Positions 38,001-51,425 of a stretch of DNA of 64,000 nt are shown piece after piece. Numbering within the stretch: the stretch's first letter is position 1; each line of letters begins with the position of its first letter. The notes beneath the pieces are model-generated. The model made no database searches and had not been told where the DNA came from. It worked only from the letters and a program-made list of their open reading frames with translations. Origin of the DNA: Podarcis melisellensis (lineage: Eukaryota); NCBI GenBank assembly GCA_964234715.1, contig OZ174286.1. One strand, 5' to 3'. The translations under genes and the position numbers were made by a program.

Positions 38001-39705
38001 TGTGCTTTTGTTCAGGGCCGTTCATTCATTCATTCATTCATTTTGGTAAATCGTTTTTATTTATTTTAAACAAAAGGGAGGGAACAGTGCGAACCGTACA
38101 GGCGCTGTAAATAATAATACAGTAATAATAATAATACAACAATAACAACAACTTTGGCACAAAGATCAAACGCAGAATTGCATAATAACCAATGCCAGGC
38201 CCTGGTTAGCTTAGAAATAGATGTGGGAGAAATAGCTGGAGGGAGGCGGAGGGAGATGGGGTGAACATGGTATTAAAAGGCAAGACGCAAAGCAAAGGCT
38301 GCGAAGGCACTGACAGGGAGTGTTTCTTACATTTTCAAGAAGTTTAAGTTAGAATTGAAGGGGGAGGAAAACAGATAAGATAGCACTGCATTGGTTTATT
38401 GAATCATCCGTAAACTACAATATGCTGGATGAGCAGCCAAGTTACATGCATCATCATTAACATGTTTAATAAAACAGTACCAGATGAAATAGAATGTTTT
38501 ATTATACCACGCAACAAGATTGGCTCCCACAAGATCTTTCCAAAGCCCTTATGGCTGTAGCAGCAGTCAGTTTGCAGTGAGAAGGTACATCTTTGGTATC
38601 TGAGATGTCAAGTAGGGCCAAGTGAGGAGATGGACCAAGTGTTCAGCCTTTTTAGGGACATTTATGCTGGTGGCAAAAATTAGCTTAGAGCTTGCTTTAT
38701 TTTGTTTTTGTTGCTACAGAGTTGTTTCTGCGGTACTTCCTTTTAAAAGTGACACTCTGGCAACCTGGTTTCTCTCTCAATCACTGGCGTGTGGGGAATC
38801 CCTCCGGTGACTCCACAGTGAGGAAAGGGGCTCTGTCCTTCATCAACTCTTCACATATTTTAGCTGAGTCCAAGCACTGAGAATAGATTTAAGGCCTGAG
38901 CCCTGACATAAATGAAGCCCTGAGTTTGTTCTTCTCCCTTCTCCTTGTAGGTTTACTGTCTGCAGGGTGGGTCCATCCAAAGTTAAGTGGGAGACAGTTA
39001 AGAATTTATAGGGTTTGATTTGGCTGAAGTTAGTTGAAGTTGTGATCCGTTTTAATCAATGTGCTATGTCTGGATCCAACCAATAGACACTGACTTAGGA
39101 TATAATTTCAGGCATCTACTGAAGTGGATACAATTGAAGGATATAATTTCAGGCATCTAGCCGAGGGAAATGTATGTCACAATAAGGCTGCAGTGCTGTG
39201 TACGCTTACCTAGACTTAAGTCCCACTTAGAGTGGGGCTCACGTCTTCGTAGGCTTTTATAGGATTGGACTGTAAGTGTGTCTTTTAGGTGCTACAGGAT
39301 TTTTTATTGTTTTATTGCAGGTGGGATTTAACTTCATATTCCACTTGTAATTAAGGCTTGATGACACACTTTTCTCCAATAAAGCAGCATGGGAAAGGAA
39401 TAGTTGGGAACAAAAAAGCATCAAGGGAAGAATAGACTCACGGTGATTCTTTTCTTGCTCACCACTTCTCTTCTTGAACCTCATTCCCCCCTCCCCCAAA
39501 AATGTCCCACCCCAAGGTGAGAAGCAAATCACCCCTCTTTTATAGCAAAGAAACAGGCTCTTGTCCTTTTATTACACAAGTGTAATAATCTTTCGTTAGA
39601 ATTGAATACATCAGCTGCTTCTAGTTGTATCCAAGACTGTAAACATAAACATGCTTACTCGAGATCTTTGAAATCAGTTGATCTTCTAAGCACATTTGTT
39701 GAGTA

Positions 39706-39920
39706 CAGTGGTACCTCAGGTTACAGATGCTTCAGGTTACAGACTCCGCTAACCCAGAAATAGTACCTCGGGTTAAGAACTTTGCTTCAGGATGAGAACA
39801 GAAATCGTGCGGCGGCAGCGGGAGGCACCATTAGCTAAAGTGGTACCTCAGGTTAAGAACAGTTTCAGGTTAAGAATGGACCTCCAGAATGAATTAAGTT
39901 CTTAACCCGAGGTACCACTG
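39706..39920. mobile_element. Tc1/mariner MITE (family of 627-852, opposite orientation)
   Basis: CAGTGGTACCTC TIRs, TA TSD. Confidence 0.9.
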
Positions 39921-40799
39921 TACTGGAATGGGTGGAAGGGATGTTGGAACTAGTTTTATCTAAGATGGGTTTTTAAAAAAAATCTACAGCACAAATCCAT
40001 CCATATACTGGCATTTCTCTTTGAATAATTTTCACTTTGGATTCATTTATTGTTAAGATAAAGTATCCTCACATATATCTTAAAACTCCTGTGTTAATAG
40101 TTCTTCATGCATAAATGGTTGCTACTGACATATGAAAGATATAGTTCAGTGCATCTAAACATTAACCAACTATCTTCCAGTAAAGAAAATATTCCATACT
40201 TATGTTTTGTCTTCACCCCCCACAGATTTTGCAGTACTGCTGTACCTCATTAAATGGTGTGTCTAGCTTCAATGAATACAAATCTGGTGGAAGATTCCCC
40301 CCCTCCAGTTTTCAGCTCCCCTCCCTGAAGTGGAGCATGGACCTTTCTATTTTCAGATTCACAATGTGGCTTTAAATGCCTTGTATAAAAAGTAAAAGGG
40401 ATGGGTTTTTTAGGTCAAAGATTTCCCAACATTTTGATGAAAATTTGTGTTATGCTTTTTTCTGCCAAAAGGCAGCAGGAAGCTTATAAACATGCCTTAG
40501 TGGATTAAGCTTGCTGCTTTTGCTTGGAAGAAGGAAGAAGGTAGCATAAGAGATGAATCCCTGTTCTATGAAGACCACATGCCTACCCACCATAACATTT
40601 TGCAAGCCATATCAACTATTTCAATACTTTCAATATTTCAATAATTTCAATTTGCTCTTCTTCACGCGCTCTCACACTACATTGGATACACACACATTCA
40701 CCACACACAAACAGACCAGACATCTCTCCCCCCCACACACTTTACATGTCTACAGCCACACATAAATATGTACCTTCTACCTCTCACTCATAAATACAT

Positions 40800-41170
40800 T
40801 CAGTACTTCCTCTCCTCACTCTCTAAGAGGATCTCTTTCTCCCCACCCCACTGATCCTTCTCTCCTTTTCTCTCTCTACCCAGGACCATCTCCTCACCCA
40901 CAGATCCATCTCTATCTCTCTCTCTTTCCATCTCTTGCCTTCTCCCACCACAGCCCTTTCTCTTTATCCAAGAGCATCTCTTTCTCCCACCCTCACAGAT
41001 CCATTTCTCCACCTCACTACCCGGTAGTATATTTTTCTCCCTCTCGTCTCACAGATTTCCCTCTCTCTCTCTATACGCAGGAAACTTTATTTCCCCCAGC
41101 AGAACAGTTCTCTCTCTACCCAGGATAATCTCTCCCCACCACCACACATCCTCCTCGAGCTCTCTTATCT
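40800..41170 (+). repeat. CT-rich low-complexity degenerate tandem repeat
   Basis: Recurrent ctctctacccagga / cacagatcc units. Confidence 0.6.
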
Positions 41171-44100
41171 GTTCAAAGACCTACAACCATGAAGTAACAG
41201 GCTAAGCGATCCCACTGCTTTTTCCTCCTACCCCCAACTTTCAAATAAAAGCTTTCAGGGCCTGTAAAAGGGCCATGAAGGAGTTAGAAAACACACAGAG
41301 AGAAGGGGGGTGGGGTGAAACTCGCAGGACTTTTTAGTACTTTGGAAAGAGTCCCTACCCTTTTTTTTAGAACCTCAGGAAGCAGTGTGCTGACAATATA
41401 GTGCAAATATAGTATAGGCATATATATCAGATAAAATCTCTCCCTCGGTTTTTGCAGGCACAATATCCCCTCTGCTGCCTCCCAAACCCTTTGTTCTTGA
41501 GTTTATAACCTTAAACCTGAAAATCAATACAATGCATACAGTTCAGCAACAGAATTTCCCTCTTTCTTTCCTTGCAGTTTATATTGGTTCTGGACCCCTC
41601 AATTTTAGTAGTGAAAGATGATTTATTAAGTCTCTGGTATTTTACTGTTATAGAGTGGATCACGAGAGATCCCACCAATTTCAGCTCCTTTCTCCCAGTG
41701 TGACTTATGTGATTTTCAGACAGTCAATACTGACTCTCTCCCAGTCCTTTATTTCAGTGCCATTAATTTTCTTCTCCCACACAAAGAGACCTCTCTGAAA
41801 CGGCAGTCTAGGAAGGTCTTGCTACCGCTTTCACAGCTGTACTTTGCTCCCTTGGGAGAATGCACCGCCACTCACCCTCTTTTCTATCCAATTGTGGATG
41901 TTGCTTTCTCCGCAAGATTTTGTCATTTTTGAACAAAAGAAATGCTGGGATCTCCCAATAGAAACAGGAGGGAGTTAAGTTATATGTTGTAAACCAAAGC
42001 TAATTGTCTGCACAAAGGTACGATAGATTTCGCATGTGGACTGGCTCATTCATAAATCAAGTGACCAAATGTAATGGGAGAGGACTGCCACTGGAGACTG
42101 GACTTGCAGTGCATGGAAACCATCTGCTGCAGAAAAAGTGGGTAGTATGTATGTATCTACTTGGTGAAAGAGAAAAGGCCATCCATTTTGTAAAGTCCTG
42201 GCAGGTTTCCTGGACAGGGCCATCTGCAGTCATGTACCAGGATGGGGTGGCAGAGGTGTTTATTCCAGGCAACAGCAAGGGTGCAAGATGGTTATGAAGG
42301 ATCTTATAACACATTGAAAGAACATTGTTGTGTAATGTTTTCTCAGCTCATCGAAAGTGCACTGGAGTAATGTACTCAACATCACACAATTAACCTGGTT
42401 CCCATAATGTGTGTGCTGTAGAAAGAGGTCTGTGCATGTCAGAACAAATGAATAATAATAGGTCCAGCATGCCTACATATTTGTCTGTGGCTGTATCCTA
42501 AGTCCTGTGTCCTGACAGAGCCAGTCCACCAAAGATGTGGGGTGAGGCAGCTGCCTCCTGTGGCATCAAGAAGGAGGGCGAAGAGAAAACCAGAGGGTCA
42601 TGGCATCATATCATTGTAGAGTTAGAAGGGACACCAAGCTGCTTTCTTTGGCAAGATTGTACAGTGATTTTTCTTCCTCCCTTGCCCACCCATGGCCTTG
42701 CTTGCTTGCTCCCCCCCACCCCACCCCCCGCAACCTGCTCCTTACTAAAGGATTCATTAATTACTTTAGTTACGGCACTGTTAGGGGATACTTTGCATCA
42801 TGTTGGGGTCTTTTAGCCCTGCCCCTATCCTTGCATGTACAAGGTTTCAAATTCCTTCATTTTGCTGGTGATAACTGATCCCAATGCCATTTAACAAAAA
42901 CCCTAAAACTTAAAAGGTTGGCTGGGATGAAACCACTCAGAACACTGGTTCTATTTCAGAAGTGGCAGGTTAGATGAGGAAGTTTACCAGATCTTACAAA
43001 CTTCTTTGTGGTCAGCTAAGGCCCCTAACATGTAAAAGGCTTAAATTAAATGATAAACAAAGCTGAAGGAGAAACAAATAAACTTGTGTTATAGAGTGTA
43101 AACAAGTGCATGCGAATAAATTGGAGTGTTTCAAGCAAAGAACTGGGACACAAATTTCACACTTACTGACTGCAGATATTCAGTCAAAACTGTTCAAAGG
43201 TTCAAGTGTCACTCTCTTTGACATGGTACACAGGCAAAATAGATATTCTAAGCACATACCATTGACATTTAGGGTAATAAGCCCATCGAATATTGTCACA
43301 GAGTCTCTTTTTCCTAACTCACCCCCAGGTACCTCAAGTTCAGATGAGAGAATAAATTGTACTTAGTAAACACATTTCTCATATATTCTAGTTAAATATT
43401 TTACTCTGGTTGCAAATTTTGCATTTTATTTTGCAAAGTTTAGACGTTTTTGAATGGCAGGATTAACACAGTTTAAATATGGGCATGTTAGAGATGTTGT
43501 GGAGACACAGTCCATCCCCAAGAGTAGGAAGTATCGTGATGTCGTGGCATTCAGTCCTTGGAGGCTACAGATAAGTATGGAAAGCATATCTGCAACAACA
43601 ATAAGCACTTCTTTCCACATTCAATAAATGCTTATTCCCACATTTCTCATGATGTCACATAGCATTAAACATTTATGAAGACAGAAGGAGGAAATTGAGG
43701 TTATCCAATGCTCAGTAAATTTCTTATGGCACCGAAATGCAAAGAATGGATGAGAAGGACGAAACACTGCATTTATCATGTTGGAAATGAAAATAAAATG
43801 CAGCTTACATATTTTTTGTTTCCCTGAACTGTAAATAATACAATGTGAGGAGCATATATCATCTCCTTGTTTCATTCCACATAGTGTTTGGCTGCATGGG
43901 TGCAGTATCAGAGTGCTAAATTATGACAGCCTGTACCCCATCTTGATCAAATTAATTCCAGCCCCAGGGCTACAGTAATTTGCATAGCCTAGTTTTAAAA
44001 ATGGCTTTCTATGTGAAAATGCACCAGTTTTACATTTCCCTCTCTTGAGTCTCTTTCCCTCCAACTTCCTTTTGTTTCTGAGATGCCTACCTATGCAGTG

Positions 44101-44519
44101 GAGAACGGACAGAGGTTAGCAATTACCATACTTGGCAGCAAGCTCATTTCCATTTGCATAAAATATTAATCTATGTGGGTAAACATGTCCCCATATTTTC
44201 TATCTTAAGCTACTATAGGACCATAGAAAGCTGCTATAAATACAACAACTGCTTTTTATAAACAAGGTTCACTGTAAGTGGGAACAGAGGAGAAATCCAA
44301 GGCGTGTGTCTAAACATTATAATCTGCACCTCAGTTCAAAGGACCTTCTTGACGCCAAAGCACCCACAGCATCCCTGATCAAGCACAGTTCTCCAGGCAC
44401 TTCAAAGGCTGGTGCGGAATCATGTGCTCTTTATGGGTGTAGAACTGCTTCTTCCATTTTTAAAAATGAAAAGCAGCTTTGAGAGGGGAGGATTTACAGC
44501 TGAAAATATTTGCCTTGTT

Positions 44520-45075
44520 TATTTGTTTTGTATACTGGTCTTCAGCCAAAGATCACAGGTGCTTGAGCTTTAGTGGTCAAAAGCAATTTAGGGCTTTATA
44601 GGTCAAAACCAGCAATTTGAATTGGGCAGCCAGTGCAGTCAGGTCAGAATCTGTGTAATATGCTCAAACTGTCTTGCCCCGTGAGAAACCTGGTGGCCAA
44701 ATTCTGCACCAGCTGAAGTTTCCAAGCTGTCTTCAGAGGCAGCCCTAAGTGTAACACATTGCAGTAATCTAACCTAGAGGTTACCAGAGCATAGAGTTAG
44801 GTTATCCTTGCCCTGATGGGGGTGCAGGTGGGACGCCAGCTGAAGCAGATGGAAGGCACTCCTTGCTACTGAGGCCCCTTGAGGCTCAACCAACATCAAA
44901 CGTTTCAGAATCACCCTCAAGTCACATACTAGCTTCTTCAGAGGGAGTGTAACTCCATTATGAGCAGGCCGCCTCCCATCCATCTGGTTTAGGTAATCTA
45001 ACAGTGCCTCAGTCTTATCTGGATTGAGCTTCAGTTTGTTGGCTCTCATCCAGTCCATTACCAAGTACAGCACCT
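44520..45075 (-). mobile_element. L2 LINE fragment
   Basis: Minus ORF WMRANKLKLNPDKTE...VARSAF.LL is typical L2 RT-thumb region. Confidence 0.8.
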
Positions 45076-47156
45076 CCAGACGATGTACTCCAAAATTTTG
45101 GAGAACCCCACCTTCTGGAAGCAACTGCCCAAATAAGACTGGAGCCACTGCAAAATGGTGCCACCCACTCCTAACTCGGACAGCCACTCCAGAAGGATAC
45201 AATGGTCAATGGTAGGGTGGTGTAACGAAGCACCTCTCTTTGGGAAGGGTGTGGCTCAGAGACCAGGGGCAGTGGCGGGGGCTGCCTGGAGGACTCCCAA
45301 GGAGCGGGGAGAGGAGAGAAGGCTGAAGGAACACATCACAAGAAAGGGTGTTTGAAAAGGGGTGAGGGGCTGCCAGATCTGCAGGCAAGGGGTGACATAA
45401 CTGGGCTTCTGAGGCTTGGAGTGTGTTTCCCCACAGGGGAGCTGCAGAAAGAATGTAGTTGGTCAAGGGAGCCATGGACTCAGAAAGGTTGAAAACCTCC
45501 GCATTACACCTTTAATGGAGCTGAAGTCTAATGCTGGAAGTGACAGGGCATGGGTGTGGAATACACATGCTGATTTCACAGAGAAGAAGAAGACTTTTAT
45601 TATTTATACCCTGCCCTTCTGGCTGGGTTTCCTCAACCACTCCAAGAGTCCACTGCATCTGGCAATTTGGTTTTTAAATGCAGAAAATGCACAGAAATAC
45701 AAGCCAGAAAAAGTCCCTCTATCCCTGGTCTAGACCCTCATGGAAAATCTGCCACTTGTAGCCTCCATTGTAGTGACACAATCATCTGCCTTATACCAAA
45801 TCAGACTATGGCTGCATACACACTGTCATTTAAAGCCAGAGGCAGATTTAGAGCAGTGTAACTAGTTTCCCTACCCTGGGCACCGGTAGCCCAGGGTGTT
45901 CTGCATAGTGTCACCCTGATGATGTGGTGAATTGAGCAGAACAGAAGACAAGGAGGGAGGCACACTGAATTTTGGCCTCATACAGGGTGCTGCTGAAATT
46001 TGAAATACCAAAGTCTACCTCTGTTTAAACTACATGATTTCCCTCCAAGAATCCTGGAACCCTAGTTTGTTAAAGGTGCTTGGAATTGTTGCACTGTGGG
46101 AGGGTGGGGAAGTACAGTTGCCAGGATTATGTGGTGGTAGCCATGTGCTTTAAATTTGGGTCTGCACACAGCCTGTCCATCTAGCCCAGTATTGCCTGTT
46201 CTGACTGGCAGTTGCTATCCAGGTTTTCAGACAGAGAAGAGTCTTTCCACAAGATCTCGTCTTATTTTTGACTGTAAATGAATCTTGAACCGACTGTATT
46301 ACTAAGAGCTTTCAGGAGGAGATGCAGACTATGGAACTCTAACAGGCTTGCCCACTTCTTGAACATAACTGGCAGACTTACTCTAAGAATTACTGAAAAT
46401 CTAGGGGGTAATGATCTTGCTTTCAGCCCCTCCATTGGGAACTGCACAAATTACACTGGCGCACAGAGAAGGGGAATAGACATATATGGTCTTTGTAAGC
46501 AATATGCTTTTAGAAATCATGCCAAATAACAGGCACACTGCATTTCCTTGGGTGTTAATGGCCTCTCTGCTGCAGCTCTACAAAAGGCATTGCACGCAGA
46601 TGGTTGTTGGAAGCAATTGTGTTCTGGCTTAGCTAACCAGATGTAAGCTCCTTGAAAGCTATGATCCAGTTTCTGCTCTCCAAAAAAGCAAAGCAGGCGT
46701 TAGCACCTATTGACCTGTTGGAACAGAAAATTCTACATTGTAGGGGACTTGGTCCAAATTCACCAAACTCAAAACTCATGGTGTGATATGATGTAGTGAA
46801 GCTCACACAATATTTGTTGCCATGTAAAAGAGCCCCATTTAACCTTGTGATACAAGACTAGAGCTATTATTTATTTTTGAGCAAGTGCTCAGTAATCAAG
46901 ATGAAGAACTTCAGAAGGAGGTATCAAGGGAGGGTTGGTAAATGTATTACGTAAAGAAAGTAAGAAGAGATTTTAGGTCTTATAAAATACAAAGAAGAAT
47001 AATTATCTAAGAATACAAGGGAAGCCCTCCTAGACCAGAGCAGGTGCTCCATCATCTTTCATCCAACAGTGGACAAATATAGGAAATGCTTGAGCCTATA
47101 TATAGGATACCCTCAAGCAGGGCTTGAAGTTGCCCATCCACATTGTTGGTCCTCAG

Positions 47157-47398
47157 CATGAGCCCTTCCCTCAGTGGTGCCCTGGGCTCATGCAACTTCT
47201 CTGTTGATTGCTTTTATAACAATGTGTAAACAGCAGCATACAAAAGGTTTGCCTGAAAGCTAATGTACTTGCTCAGAAGTGTGAGGGAAGCTGTGACTTA
47301 TTACAGCAGCTCTTGTCAGAATTTATGACTTGTGAATGCTGACCATTCACACATCCCATGCACAGTTGGTGCAATGTAATTTGTTTTCTTCGGTGTAA
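47157..47398 (+). repeat. Arm A of a 242-bp inverted duplication
   Basis: Reverse complement of 50098-50339 with about 6 substitutions counted by eye. Confidence 0.92.
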
Positions 47399-47654
47399 CA
47401 TGGAGGTTTCACTGTTAATAGCTGATGAAAGATCTAGCCTTCATGATTTTGTCTAATTCTCGCTTTAAAACCATTAGACAATGTGACATGTCAGCCTCTG
47501 GTGGCTAAAAGGTGGTGAGATGTTGGTGTGACACATGGCCTGGCCTGCATCTCTTAGATGGCCTGCTGTTCCCAGTGAAAGATCATGTTGAAGTAAGACC
47601 CAATGTCAAGAAATTTAATGTCAGGAGATTTAAAGTATTCTATAGCAATGTAAA

Positions 47655-48019
47655 GCCTTATGATGAACAGCTGAGGGAGTTGAGTATGTTTAGCCTGGAG
47701 AAGACTGAGAGGTGATATACTGCAGTGTTTCCCAACCGGTGTTCCGCGGCACACTAGTGTGCCGCAAGACGTTGCCTGGTGTGCCGTGGGAGGGAGGCGG
47801 GCGAGTCGGGCGGCAAGAGGCCTTAGGCGCCCTGCAGAAAGGCGTCCTCTTTGTGGGTGGGTTCTCCCCCTTCCCTTAGCGCATCGTATTTAGTTGGGGA
47901 TTCTGGAGAGGGGGGCGGGGGCGCGCTGGCCCCGAGCGGAACAGACGCGCCGTCGTCCCCACCTCCCTCTCCTCAGTAGCTCCGAGCCGACTGACTGAGG
48001 GTGGGACGCGGCCAGCGGC

Positions 48020-48075
<56 letters not shown>

Positions 48076-49185
48076 CCTCCCAGCACCGCTTTTCCCGAGG
48101 CAGGCGCGCGCCTAAGGCTGAATGGGAGCAGCCTGGAGGCTTGACGGCCTCTCAGCGGCTCATGACGGGCGTCCCTGAGGCGGGAGGTGCTGAGCAGGGG
48201 CTCTGCGAGAGGGCGCGAGGGATGCGTGGTGGTGCCTGCGCGCGCGTGACTTAAGAGGGCAACCTGCTGCCTCTCCTCTCTCTCCCCTCCCTCCCCTCAT
48301 GGGCACGGAGTCCCCGGCACAGCTTGGCGCTACTACAGCTACAGCTGCTGCTGCTCCTGCTTGGATGAAGGCGGCTGCTTCTTCCTAACGCCCAGCCTCT
48401 GAGGGACCGCAGTCTCCCGCCCTTTTTTTGGGGGGGCGGGATGCTGAGGTAAAGGATCCCCTCGCGCGCGGGCGGGCACCTCTTTGGGCAGGGCGCGTGT
48501 GGAGGCTTAAGGTGGGGAGTGTGGAGGGGTTGCCGCTTGCGAGGGGAGGGTTCATATTGTATTGGGCTGCGGTGTGGGCGACACGGCTCTCCAATGGCCA
48601 GCCCGCGGAGGAACATTGAGTTGGAGCATTTCGAGGAGAGGGACAAAAGGCGCACTGAATAAAGTATTTTATAATTTTTCATATTTCTGTTTACTTACTA
48701 TTTCATAATAAAGTAATTATAAAATACTTTCTTTGTGTTTATTTGATTCCTATTAAAGAGAGTTACTTTATATATAGTCAATATAGGCACAGAGTTAATT
48801 TTTTAAACATTTTCTAATGGTGGTGTGCCTCGAGATTTTTTTCATGAAACAAGTGTGCCTTTGCCCAAAAAAGGTTGGGAAACACTGATATACTGAAATG
48901 GCCATCTTCAAATATCTGAAGACCTGACACATGGAAGATGGAGCAAACTTGTTATTTGCTGCTCCAGAGGGTAGAATCCAAACCAATGGATTCAAATGAC
49001 AGGAAATGAGATTCTGCCTGAACAGTCAGAGCCATTTGACAGTGGAATAGACTAACTCGGAAGGTGGTGGAGTCTCCTTCACTGGAAGTTTTTAAACAGA
49101 GGTTGAATGACCATCTGTCAGAGATTCTTTAGCTGCAAGTCCTGTATTGGGGTCCCTTCCAACAATATGTTTCTATGATTTGAGA
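47655..49185 (+). mobile_element. CR1 3' fragment split by the hAT insertion at 47723-48887
   Basis: PYDEQLRELSMFSLEK before the insertion; ggccatcttcaaatatctgaag...gtcccttccaac...ctatgatt after it. Confidence 0.8.
47723..48887. mobile_element. Non-autonomous hAT transposon carrying different CpG-island cargo (Pack-TIR-like), copy 2
   Basis: Same 15-bp TIRs as copy 1; 8-bp TSD ATATACTG (47715-47722, 48888-48895); GC-rich interior 47822-~48620; AT-rich 48650-48887 probably native hAT end. Confidence 0.92.
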
Positions 49186-50097
49186 ATGGGTTTACCGCCA
49201 TCGCATCTGGTCCTTCACATAACAAAGTGGCATGTCGATTTACATGCACCATTTATTATTAACCTTTTCCTATAATGTTCAGATTGGTTCACAAAAGGAG
49301 TTTAAAGATAATATGGAACTTCCTGATCCTTGCTTTCTTTTGCTTCTTTTACCCTCAGCCTTGTAGCAAAATTTTCCTGGCCTCTTTTAGCAGTAACTCT
49401 GAATGTACTGAGAAACTGAATCACATTAATTGACTGAGCAACTACATAGGTCACCAGGTCACAGTCTTCCACACTATGGTAAGACATATTGAATTTCTAT
49501 TTAAGTAATAGTCATTATTTATCCGTTTACATCCACATATGTAAGTTACCATATCTATTCTTCTATTTTTTATGGACATTGTGACCATTTTGGGGTGATG
49601 CATTTTCACTTTGGGAGGCCAATGTGCTGTGCTAAGTAGCTGCTCAAAGCATGATCAACACTTGTGCCCGCCACACCACAATAGGGCACAAAGGTTACCA
49701 ATTAGTAGGGCCTCCATTACCACAAAACAAATAATCCCTCCCCCTCAAATTATTGGTCCTAATCAGGAGGAAGGAAAGCTTTAAAAAAGAAAAAGGGTTG
49801 CAATGTACCAAGAGTAAATATGGTATACAGTACTTGTGTTGCTGCATAAAGTCACTGTATAACTACTGTCCTTTAGACTGAAAAACAGCTGTCTCCTTTG
49901 AACTGACCTAAACTGAGGCCTTTTCACACCATCTCCCTGTGATTTATTATATATAACAGATAAACAAATATAGGGCTTATCTTTTAAGGTGAAAGGCAGA
50001 ATACTGTGTTAACACTTGGAGGTTGATTTCATTCTCTGCTGCTGCAATGTAAATCCACCACTGTTAAGGGAAGACACCGAACAGGAATTTTTCACCT

Positions 50098-50339
50098 TTA
50101 CACCAAAGAAAACAAATTACATTGCATCAACTGTGCATGGGATGTGTGAATGGTCAGCATTCACAAGTCATAAATTCTGACAAGAGCTGCTGTAATAAGT
50201 CACAACTTCCCTCACACTCCTGAGCAAGTACATTAGCTTCCAGGCAAACCTTTTGTATGCTGCTGTTTACACATTGTTATAAAAGCAATCAACAGAGAAG
50301 TTGCATGAGCCCAGGGCACCACTGAGAGAAGGGCTCATG
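50098..50339 (-). repeat. Arm B of the 242-bp inverted duplication
   Basis: Reverse complement of 47157-47398. Confidence 0.92.
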
Positions 50340-51261
50340 TTCCCTGTTGTAGAACCCCAGACTGGTTGGAGGGAGGGAAAAGGAAATGGGTGGTCATGAA
50401 GAATGGTTTTCATGCAGCTTCTGCAGGTGTTGTGCACAGGTGTCAGCAGGATTTGTGGGTTGAGCTGTATAGTAGCCATGAGAATGGTTGCTGCTGATGC
50501 TCCACTTACTGTATTTGTATACCCCTGTTCATGTAACTTTTGTGTGGAGAAGAGGGAAGTGGAACCACATTGCTAGAACCCTGTGATGTTATGCCCCATG
50601 GTGCCCCCTCCCTCAAAGCCTGCGGAACATTCAGTGGCACATATTGCAAGGGTTGCCTAAGCATGATGAGATGCCCTGCACGATTGGGGCTCCCAGTTGT
50701 GTGGCGCGCCTATGCATCTTTGGCTGCTCACACACACACACAACCCACAAATGTGTGGGCACTTATGGGATGATGCCAACACAGTGCGCCACATCTTAGA
50801 GTGGGGTAATCAGTGCAGTCCTGCTCTCCCTTTTGCATGCACTAGAAAAGCTGACATTTTTGTTTTTATGAGTTGCTTCTGTGTGAAGACAGGATAACAC
50901 ACAGGTGCATGCAGTAGCCATTTTGGCAGAGCAGTAGGACTGGGCTGCCCTCTTTGCCAAATTCCCAGATCCCACCAATGTCACTGCTCAAAATATTTTC
51001 AAATACTATATGACTGACCTACACTGAATGATACAGAAGCAAATTGCTGGTATTCGCTCACTGCTTCATGTGGTCGACCTATTGTTTATGATGAATTCAT
51101 CTCTTAATTTGAGTGCTATCAATTAAAGAAATTACTGATTAATTCCCTTCTCTGTTCCCAATCTGTCAAGCAATCTTTCCCACACTGTCTTAAAAGTATA
51201 AAGGCATTTATGCAACATGACAAGCATGACCATTTTTGATGAATGACCAAAATGGTCATTC

Positions 51262-51425
51262 ATTGCTGCCAAGGAGTGTGGTGGAGTCTCCTTCTTTGGA
51301 GGTCTTTAAGCAGAGGCTTGACAACCATATGTCCGGAGTGCTCTGATAGTGTTTCCTGCTTGGCAGCGGGTTGGACTCGATGGCCCTTGTGGTCTCTTCC
51401 AACTCTATGATTCTATGATTCTATG
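51262..51425 (+). mobile_element. CR1 3' end
   Basis: gtggtggagtctccttc...ttggactcgatgg...cttccaactctatgattctatgattctatg tail. Confidence 0.85.

Noticed and set aside
37163-38069. Overlapping ~200 aa ORFs in the CpG island
   Set aside because: Typical CpG-island artefact; the minus-strand ORFs run through the strong donor at 37511 and none shows a domain
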